DNA of 20,000 nucleotides from Dudresnaya verticillata (Eukaryota). The stretch covers positions 4,145,750 through 4,165,749 of the forward strand of contig OZ374557.1 in assembly GCA_977862235.1 (NCBI GenBank). The letters run 5' to 3'. A model generated the notes under the pieces. That model did no database searches. It was not told where the DNA came from and saw only the letters and a program-made list of their open reading frames with translations. This document shows positions 10,605 through 18,386 of this stretch, piece after piece; positions within the stretch are counted from its first letter, which is position 1, and each line of letters starts with the position of its first letter. The position numbers and the translations under genes were made by a program.

Positions 10605-11835
10605 GAGGAGTTGCACAACTACACCGCAATGTGCAACGATTGCAAATTTACAAGCACTGCACATCACTACCGGGGCGCACGAGGAGCTGCACAACAACGA
10701 ATGCAAACTTGCAATAGTTGCACAGCTCTTCGACGAGCCGCAGGAGACGCTATTTTGCAGCATTGCATGGAATTACCAATGCGTCGAACGGATACAGATG
10801 TCGAAAATATGCAAAGGCATACAGGCCTCACACAGCGCTGCCGCAATGTACAACGATTACAAATTTGCAAGAGCTGCACATCACCATCGAAATATGCAAA
10901 TTTGCAAGAGCTGAACATCACCATGGAAGCATGCAAGCCTTACACAGCGCTGCCGCAATGTGCAATGATTACAAATTTGCAAGAGCTGCACATCACCATG
11001 GAAGTATGCAAGCGTCACACAGCGCTGCCGCAATGTGCAACAACGCTGCCGCAATGTGCAACAACGCTGCCGCAATGTGCAACGATTACAAATTTGCAAG
11101 AGCTGCACATCACCATCACAATATGCAAATTTGCAAGAGCTGCACATCACCATGGAAGTATGCAAGCGTCACCCAGCGCTGCCGCAATGTGCAACGATTA
11201 CAAATTTGCAAGAGCTGCACAACACTATCACAATGTGCAACGAACGCAAATTTACAAGCGCTGCACATCACTACCGCGGCGTGCAAGGGGCTGCACATCA
11301 ACGAATGGAAACTTTCAGTCGTATGCAGGACTGCACCAAGCAACAGGGCATTGTGTTCGCAAGCTTTCCACAGCATTTCTACGTGGTGGAACGTACTAGA
11401 TTTGCAAGCGCTACACAGCAGTGCAGTGTGCAGCGACTGGAAATAGACAGGAGCTGCACTGGACTGCCTCCATTGCACGAGAGGTGGTATTTGGAAGAGT
11501 TGCACATCACATATTCACCGTGACACGGACGGATGGAAGTATGCAAGCGTCACCCAGCACTGCCGCAATGTGCAACGATTACAAATTTGCAGCAGCTGCA
11601 CGAGACTAACACAATGTGCAACGAACGCAAATTTATAAGCGCTGCACATCATTTCCGCGGCGAGCAAGGGGCTGCACATCAACGAATGGAAACTTGCAGT
11701 CGCATACAAGGCTGCTCCAAGCAACAGGGGATTGTGTTTGCAAGCGTTCCACAGCAGTTCCACAGCATGTTTCACATATGTTTCCCAGCAACAGCGCCGG
11801 TGAAAGAAATACACTGTGAAAGAGATGCAAATTTA
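10605..11835. repeat. Complex array of the same 34-bp palindrome family (TGTGCAACGATTACAAATTTGCAAGAGCTGCACA) with higher-order duplications
   Basis: Many full and half copies are interleaved with CATCACCATGGAAGTATGCAAGCGTCAC-type linkers. A 21-bp unit is triplicated at ~11024-11086. A ~240-bp block is duplicated at ~11152 and ~11533. Confidence 0.9.
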
Positions 11836-11886
11836 CAGAATCTTCACAGCACCGGAGTCACAATGCTCACCGTTGATGAGACAAGG

Positions 11887-12345
11887 CTAGCGCTTTGATT
11901 TCTGCCTCCTTCGCGTCCTCCGTGGGGGCGGAGGCAGGACGAGGTTGACTCGATGGGTTGCTAGGAAGGTTTCATCAAGCTTTTTGTACGCTTCCTCTCT
12001 GGAAAGCTTGGTCGGCTCCTTCAAGTTTGACTTGGGTTTCGAAACACTTGGAACAGCCTTCTCCTTGGTCTGTGCTGGGACTCCTTGCTTGCTTGAACGA
12101 GCACGAGGCTTTGCGATCCCTTGCCTCTTAGACTTGTCGAAGGCCCGGAAGCGGCTGCGAGATGCTTGAGTGAAATCACAATCGGAACCGTAGTCGTCGA
12201 ATGCGCAATTCGTTAAGCGATGGGTGCGTGGCGAACGAGGCCTACCGGCGTGTTTTTGGGAACCACAGCCAATCTCTGATGGTACGTGTGCCGCGGTCAT
12301 TGCCCTGGCGGCAATGACGTCATCGTCAGAGGATCGCTGCGACAT
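11887..12345 (-). CDS. Small basic, largely disordered hypothetical protein (~152 aa)
   Basis: ATG at 12345 (MSQRSSDDD...). Lys/Arg-rich with a short helical segment (LSREEAYKKLDETFL) and a C-terminal PPPPRRTRRRQKSKR. Convergent with the large gene across the repeat array. Confidence 0.45.
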   Translation of the reverse strand: MSQRSSDDDVIAARAMTAAHVPSEIGCGSQKHAGRPRSPRTHRLTNCAFDDYGSDCDFTQASRSRFRAFDKSKRQGIAKPRARSSKQGVPAQTKEKAVPSVSKPKSNLKEPTKLSREEAYKKLDETFLATHRVNLVLPPPPRRTRRRQKSKR

Positions 12346-12515
12346 ATTGAGAACAATGAATGTGCTCACCTTCGATTGTATTCGGATGCAGCGTAGCGGG
12401 CGTGGGTGAACTGAGCGAGATGGAACGGACTCTTCCCTTCCGCGAGAAGCCCGTAGAGGAATACTATTTGTACACTGCGGTCGTGCGCCTCGCCGGCGCC
12501 ACCTCAGCAAACCAC

Positions 12516-12645
12516 CCCGATGTCGGGTGTGCTTCCTACAAAAACGGCGCTACGACTAATACGAAATTCGCGAATGTGGGTATACATTCGCGAATGTGGT
12601 ATCAAGTTGTAGCGCCGTTTTTGACGGAAGCACCCCGACGTCGGG
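12516..12645. repeat. ~130-bp inverted repeat (62-bp arms, 6-nt loop) with nested palindromes
   Basis: Left arm 12516-12577 (CCCGATGTCGGGTGTGCTTCCTACAAAAACGGCGCTACGACTAATACGAAATTCGCGAATGT) pairs with 12584-12645 with only a few mismatches and indels. Loop is GGGTAT. Confidence 0.92.
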
Positions 12646-13440
12646 ATTGTGGAGATGCAGAGACCAGCAAGTGGAGGCCCCCGAGTGCAATACGAATTTG
12701 AAAATTTGTGAATGTATTATACGCGAAGAGTCTACTGTATTGCGTGTCCGAGCGAGCAACCAGAGATGGGCGGGACGGCATCAACCGCACTTCCCATCTC
12801 TCTTTGCACCGCCGTCACGCAACCGTGAGCAGTACAGGAACGGAAACGGAGCACTGAAGTTGATGACGAACGCGAGCGCCCGGAAGCACCGAGGAGGTGC
12901 TTCAGGTAGTTCCCGATCGTCATCAAGTTGTCGTTTCCGCAAAGGCTCGCGAATGTGGGTGATCCGTTCACAGCGTGGAAGCATAACGTCGTCGCTGAGT
13001 GGGACACAACCTGTGGTGCGAGATCGGTCGTACACGCACTGGGTGCATACACCGTTCGAGAGCACGGAACCGTCGGTGCGAGCAGACCGGTTGCAAGTGA
13101 GTCAGACCGGAGCTCGTTATGGGGTTGCCAATGTGTCAATCCTTCAAATTTCCAGCTCCTTCACACCGCAGGCATGCAACCAATACAGCACTGCTCAACA
13201 ACAGCGGGTTTACATAATCGGTGTGAAAGAGGTACAAATTTGCAGGAATGTCACATATAGCTATATATATTCCCGGAGGGAAGAGCGGCGAGAAGCCCCC
13301 CATTTAACTAAAAAACCGGAAACCAGGGAATGCTGGAGGCGAGGAGGATTCTCCGCAGGGAAGATGCAAGTAGGGTCCACAGCTAGGAAGTCCCTATTGC
13401 ATAACAGTAGAGTATGCAGATGACGGGGGGAGGCAGCGTC

Positions 13441-13670
13441 CCAGGGAACATCAACGCAATTCCCAGGGAAGACCAACGCAATGCCCAGGGAAGACCAACG
13501 CAATTCCAGGGAAGACCAACGCAATTCCAGGGAAGACCAACGCAGTCCCAGGGAAGACCAACGCAGTCCCCAGGGAAGACCAACGCAGTTCCAGGGAAGA
13601 CCAACGCAGTCCCAGGGAAGACCAACAGGGGCCCAGGGAACACTATCTGGTCCCAGGGAAGAGCGTTGGA
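13441..13670. repeat. 21-bp minisatellite array 1 (CCAGGGAAGACCAACGCAGTT), ~11 units, degenerate at the 3' end
   Basis: Direct tandem units of mostly 21-22 bp are visible in the sequence. Confidence 0.95.
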
Positions 13671-13689
13671 TCCACATGGAAGAGCAACG

Positions 13690-14745
13690 GGACCATATGG
13701 GAGATAGTAACCGGGTAGATACTACAATACCGTTCCCTGGAAGCCGGTGCTAGGTTGCGGACACTGCCGGAGCGCGTTTGCAATCATACATTCCAGAACT
13801 GACCCGACATACCAAACGCATCCGATCAAGTCTGGATCTGAGCTTCGATGAGATCAGAAGCTGTGAAGACTATCGGAGTCAGAATGGTCGACGTCGACCG
13901 TGACCAGTAGACCAACGCAGTTCCCCAGGGAAGACCAACGCAGTTGCAGGGAAGACCAACGCAATCCCAGGGAAGACCAACGCAATCCCAGGGAAGACCA
14001 ACGCAGTTCCAGGAAAGACCAACGCAGTTCCAGGGAAAATCAACGCAGTTCCAGGGAAGACCAATGCAGTTCCAGGGAAGACCAACGCAGTTCCAGGGAA
14101 GACCAACGCAATCCCAGGGAAGACCAACGCAAGCCCCGGGGAAGACCAACGCAGTTCCAGGGAAGACCAACGCAATCCCAGGGAAGACCAACGCAGTTCC
14201 AGGAAAGACCAACGCAGTTCCAGGGAAAATCAACGCAGTTCCAGGGAAGACCAATGCAGTTCCAGGGAAGACCAACGCAGTTCCAGGGAAGACCAATGCA
14301 GTTCCAGGGAAGACCAACGCAGTTCCAGGGAAGACCAACGCAATCCCAGGGAAGACCAACGCAATCCCAGGGAAGACCAACGCAGTGCCAGGAAAGACCA
14401 TCGCAGTTCCAGGGAAAATCAACGCAGTTCCAGGGAAGACCAATGCAGTTCCAGGGAAGACCGACGGAGTCCCAGGGAAGAGCGTTGGATACGTGAAGAA
14501 GAGCGTTTGGTCCACGGGGAAGAGCGTTTGGTCCATGGGGAAGACCAACCGGTCCACAGGGAAGGTAGTAACCGGGTAGGTACGACAAGATCGTTCCGTG
14601 GAAGCAGGTGCTAGGTTGCGGATGCTTCCGGAGAACATTTGCAAACACACGTTACAGAACTGATTAGATATCAGGAATGGATCAGATCAAGTCTGGATCT
14701 GAGCTCCGATGAGATCAGAATGTGTGAAGTGTATCCGAGTCGGCG
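13690..14745. repeat. Diverged direct duplication of a ~200-bp tail that follows each minisatellite array (~13690-13885 and ~14551-14745)
   Basis: Shared anchors TAGTAACCGGGTAG (13705/14566), GGTGCTAGGTTGCGGA and GATCAAGTCTGGATCTGAGCT (13824/14685), at a constant 861-bp offset. Confidence 0.9.
13909..14560. repeat. 21-bp minisatellite array 2, ~27 clean units plus a degenerate tail, with a 9-unit (189-bp) higher-order period
   Basis: Same unit as array 1. The variant series GGAAAG, AAAATC, AATGC recurs at 14012, 14202 and 14391. Confidence 0.95.
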
Positions 14746-14942
14746 ACGTGGACGATGACGCCGGCCGCCACGTCATGCGTGCGAAACCGTAACAGTTTTC
14801 CCGCGGAAATGGAAACCGGAACGGTACTCGCGCCAACAGAAGGAAGGATCTGTTCGAAAACAGTACTTAAAGGCTGTAGCCTGTTGCGAGCACCCCCCTC
14901 CCCTCCACCAAACTCACCAAGGCCCGACCCTAGGGACGACAG

Positions 14943-15059
14943 GTTCGTTCAGCCTCCTCCCCCCCCGTCGCGAAGCGGATGTTGCGAGCGACTTGCGACT
15001 ATTTGCGGGAGACCTGTCTGCCTATGAAGCGTGCGCTAACTCTTCTTTTCCCATTTCAG
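14943..15059 (+). other. Candidate spliceosomal intron, possibly in the 5' UTR of the recombinase-like gene
   Basis: Donor-like AG|GTTCGT at 14943. Branch point GCTAAC at 15035-15040, followed by a pyrimidine tract TCTTCTTTTCCCATTT and CAG ending at 15059. Splicing does not create a long ORF. Confidence 0.35.
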
Positions 15060-15110
15060 TTGAGCGACGGAACGAACCGCGATCGACGAGCGAAACATTG
15101 CTGTTGCTCC

Positions 15111-15177
15111 GACAGCGACGACGGTGACGACGGTGACGACTGCGACGAGAGAGACGACGACGACGACGACAGCGACG
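15111..15177. repeat. Imperfect (GAC)n trinucleotide repeat
   Basis: GACAGCGACGACGGTGACGACGGTGACGACTGCGACGAGAGAGACGACGACGACGACGACAGCGAC. Confidence 0.85.
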
Positions 15178-15530
15178 GCCAGCGTTCGTAATTACCGTAA
15201 TTACTTCTTGCGTTTTCGAATTCCGGTAAGCAATTACTCACCAGTTTTGAAACCTTAAGCGTGCTTGGGGAGCTACCTGGAAGCAGTGGAATGTAAGCTA
15301 CTGTTTCCGGGGAGCTCTCTGCGGAAGCAGTTGCGGGTTTGCGACAGCTTCCGGAGACCTCTCGGTTGGGGGTCCGGAAGCAGTCGCGAACTCGCGATGT
15401 GTTCCACCGAACTGCTACGGAAGCATACTCAGTACGCTAACCTGAATCACATTTTCCGACATATGCAGCTTTTTTCATCGAACGAGAGGTTTGTGACGTT
15501 GAGGAAGCTGTGGTGACCCCGCATTACGAC

Positions 15531-18386
15531 ATGGGTTCAGTTGACCGTATTGAGGTTGTTCAATCGGCGGTTTCCAAGCTGGCTGAGTACAACTTGCATC
15601 TGATTCCCGAGGTTGCTGAGCTTGGATGCGGTGTGTGTCGACATGCCGTGTTCTTTGGAGCGCGCGGTGCTGACAACCTGTTCAGGCATATACAGAAGTG
15701 CCAGCCGGGTAGGAGAATCAGTCGCTTGGAATCCAACGACATTTTCAAGGCATGGAAGACCGTGAAGGACGGGATTGTGAAGAGCTGCTCGGAAGAAGAG
15801 TACGGAGCGTACATAGGAACTTGTGCGCCAGAAATGTCTCGTTGCAGTGTGCGCCGTATTCCGTTTCTGAAGGTGTTGCAATGTGTTCCCTGCTCGGAGT
15901 GTGCATTCATGTCGTCCTCTCCCGAGTCGATGAAGAAGCATTTCGAAATGCACAGGTCTTCTGGAAAGAAGATTACCCTCACAGAGATGAAGAGACTTGG
16001 GGTCATGAAGTGCCAGAAACTGTTCAAATCCAACGCAGTGGGAAACCCGTTTGTTATCAAGGACGAGGTAGAGGGCAATACTCACGCTAGTGGAGGTGGG
16101 CAAGCAAGTGGGCAGGGAACTTCAAATGTTCGACGTCTTCTGCAGGAGCTCAAGAAGGTCGAGAAGGAAAGAGTCGAAGTGGAAGAGCCTGTGGAAAAGG
16201 ATGTGAGGAAGATGGGAGGGTTTGCGAGTGCAACGAGGCCGGACTTGAAGCTTGAACAGCTCAAAATGTCCATGGAGGAGGCCGCGAAGCTGTGTGGGGA
16301 AGCGAGCGGGGGGGTGATGGTTTGTGGAGCCGATGAGGTGGATCTCAAAAAGTGGTTGGCGAAGACTGTTCTTTCGCTGTTCGAGGCTGGGCGGCTGTGC
16401 TTTGGAAGGCCAAATATGTCCATGGCCAGAGTGTTGCTGGCTGTTCGAGCTCCGCCAGGTGCGAACAGGACGGACAAGAACGAATTTGTGCTTGTGCAGA
16501 AGCAATCGAGGAAGAGGTATGCGTCATCGGTGGCAGGTGTGGCACTGGGTCTTTTGCGGATGACGGATGGGCCTGAATCTGCGAAAGGGTTGATCGGTAG
16601 TGAAGAAGTACGGGATGCTTGTGCGAAGGTGATGGTTGTGTACCTGGAGGAGAAGAACCGGGACGCGGAAGCAGATGTCGAATTGCGACCGGTTCCGGGG
16701 AAGAGGTCTGAAGCTGTCCGAGCAATGCACCGCCTCTTGAGGGCTTTGCTATACGAGAAGGTAAGCGTGGATGAGGGTAGTCGCTTCTGCGCTGCCCATG
16801 TCCTGACAACCTGTCTCGGCGTGAAGCGGGCAGGGAGGGGTGTTACTTTCTCGCAAGGGAGGGATGTGTCCCCGGTTCTTGCTGCGCTTGCGTATGCGAG
16901 CTCTTGCTGTGCGTTGATGGACATATGCAGCCCGGAGGAGGGTACGAGTGAAGAAGAGTTGGCCAGGGTGGAAGTGAGGCATCAGGCTGGCGGGAGTCTT
17001 GGAATTCACTTTCTCCAGTCTCTTTGTTTGCAGGCGCGAAGGTTTCGAAATGAGGAGTATGCGAGGAACACGTGGATGCCTTGCGAAGACCTGAAACACG
17101 ACGGGTTGTGTTGTGGATATGTGGAGGGGCTGCACATGAGTCCGAAGGAGATTGGCCATTGCGTGAAGAAGATGCAAAAAGAGGCGGTGCGGCTGATGTT
17201 TGGAGCGGATGGTATTCTGGGAGGGGTCGAGATGCCAACGAACTTTCAGGGGCGACTGTCCCAGATTGTGGACCACACGACGAGGAAGCTGGTCCCGTAC
17301 GGGTTCATGGCCGATGAACGGAATGGGGATATTGCTCGGGAATGCCGAGATTTGGTGGGTGAGGCAGTGAGGAAGATGGATCATCTTTCTGACGGAGCTT
17401 TCGACAAGCGGGCGAGGGAGATGCTGTCTGTTATAAGGAAGTTCAATGTGCTTGTTGTGGCCTGCATGCACTTGTCTGGAGGCAATGTGTGCCGGGGTCC
17501 GGAGCTGGGTTTTTTGGCTGTGAGGAACACGGCAAGTGGACCGCGAGGAATACAGTTTCCCGGTGGACCTCGGGTCGCCGTTATTCCGACATACGACAAG
17601 ACCAGGAACATGAAGAGAGGGAAGATGCGGGTGATCAGTAAGCACCCGGATGTGGTGACAAGCAATCTTCTCAAGGTGATGATTCTTGTCGGTATGGACT
17701 TGCGCCTGGCGCTGTCCCGGCATCTGCAACGGGGAGGGTCAGGAAGGGTCCAAGATGTGGATCAAGACGGTGCTTACGATTACTTGATGCCCACTGAGAG
17801 CGCTCGAAACGGGTGCTTGCAAATGGCCTCCAGCATGTGGAGGAAATTTGGGTTGCCCGAAGATCACAGTGCCGAAATGCATCGGCAGTGGTTTGGCAGG
17901 TATGCCAATGACAAGGCGAACGAGGATGCTGACTTTCGGGTTGTAGCGAGGGTGTTGAGCAATACTCCGCAGGAACAATCGGAGGAGGAAGCGATGCGCG
18001 GCGGGGCTGTCGGGAATGTGCTGCAGGTGCAGGGAGCGCATTCGATGGAGGTGGCTCGGACGCTATATGGGGCATGCGCACCGAACATTGCCGGAGGGGG
18101 GCAAATCGACGACCGAAGAATGAAGAATTTCAAGCGAGCTTCAGATGGGTGGCTCCTCGACTGTGGGTTGGCGAGCAACGTCGACTGGAATGAAATTGTG
18201 GCCGACGAGGAGGAGGGCGAGGACTTTGGAGGAAGTGGAAAGGCCTCGGGTACGGATTGTGGAAGACGAAGGGAGGAAGCGGTCGGGCCCTTGGGGGTTC
18301 GACGGCAGTTGTTGGGGGGAGCGAGCGGGGGAGGAGTGGAGTGTGGAAGCATTTCCGTTGCGGGGTTTAGGGGTTTAGGGGTTTAG
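15531..18386 (+). CDS. DUF3505/OrsD-type zinc-finger plus tyrosine-recombinase-like protein of the telomere-linked helicase (TLH) type, truncated by the telomere before a helicase domain
   Basis: First ATG at 15531. N-terminal CGVC..HIQKC, IPFL..CSEC..MKKHFEMH and CQKLF..PFVI follow the DUF3505 pattern. MHLSGGNVCRGPEL..RN..R.I..TYDKT, EMHRQW, QGAHSMEVARTLYG and FKRASDGW match motifs I recall from fungal TLH proteins upstream of RecQ. The final codons and TAG stop lie within telomere repeats. Confidence 0.82.
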   Translation: MGSVDRIEVVQSAVSKLAEYNLHLIPEVAELGCGVCRHAVFFGARGADNLFRHIQKCQPGRRISRLESNDIFKAWKTVKDGIVKSCSEEEYGAYIGTCAPEMSRCSVRRIPFLKVLQCVPCSECAFMSSSPESMKKHFEMHRSSGKKITLTEMKRLGVMKCQKLFKSNAVGNPFVIKDEVEGNTHASGGGQASGQGTSNVRRLLQELKKVEKERVEVEEPVEKDVRKMGGFASATRPDLKLEQLKMSMEEAAKLCGEASGGVMVCGADEVDLKKWLAKTVLSLFEAGRLCFGRPNMSMARVLLAVRAPPGANRTDKNEFVLVQKQSRKRYASSVAGVALGLLRMTDGPESAKGLIGSEEVRDACAKVMVVYLEEKNRDAEADVELRPVPGKRSEAVRAMHRLLRALLYEKVSVDEGSRFCAAHVLTTCLGVKRAGRGVTFSQGRDVSPVLAALAYASSCCALMDICSPEEGTSEEELARVEVRHQAGGSLGIHFLQSLCLQARRFRNEEYARNTWMPCEDLKHDGLCCGYVEGLHMSPKEIGHCVKKMQKEAVRLMFGADGILGGVEMPTNFQGRLSQIVDHTTRKLVPYGFMADERNGDIARECRDLVGEAVRKMDHLSDGAFDKRAREMLSVIRKFNVLVVACMHLSGGNVCRGPELGFLAVRNTASGPRGIQFPGGPRVAVIPTYDKTRNMKRGKMRVISKHPDVVTSNLLKVMILVGMDLRLALSRHLQRGGSGRVQDVDQDGAYDYLMPTESARNGCLQMASSMWRKFGLPEDHSAEMHRQWFGRYANDKANEDADFRVVARVLSNTPQEQSEEEAMRGGAVGNVLQVQGAHSMEVARTLYGACAPNIAGGGQIDDRRMKNFKRASDGWLLDCGLASNVDWNEIVADEEEGEDFGGSGKASGTDCGRRREEAVGPLGVRRQLLGGASGGGVECGSISVAGFRGLGV

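Noticed and set aside
10513..11898. Multiple overlapping Cys/His-rich ORFs
   Set aside because: They are translations of the palindromic repeat array in several frames on both strands. The same peptides hop between frames, and differences between duplicated blocks are mostly amino-acid changing.
13261..14650. Heptad-repeat proteins (PGKTNAV, VFPGTAL, GLPWNCV, QGRPTQF)
   Set aside because: The 21-bp unit lacks stops in all six frames, so long ORFs are expected. Single-base insertions switch frames within the arrays. Some variants are silent in the PGKTNAV/VFPGTAL frames, but this is too weak to call a gene.
15537..18352. Antisense ORFs of 100-326 aa opposite the recombinase-like gene (likewise opposite 5789-10516)
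   Set aside because: Shadow ORFs of GC-rich coding sequence with no motifs of their own.
15531..18386. Calling the gene a RecQ helicase or a Starship DUF3435 captain
   Set aside because: No Walker A or DEAH motif is present in the window. The motifs fit the DUF3505/TLH-type N-terminal region, and I cannot support DUF3435 membership.
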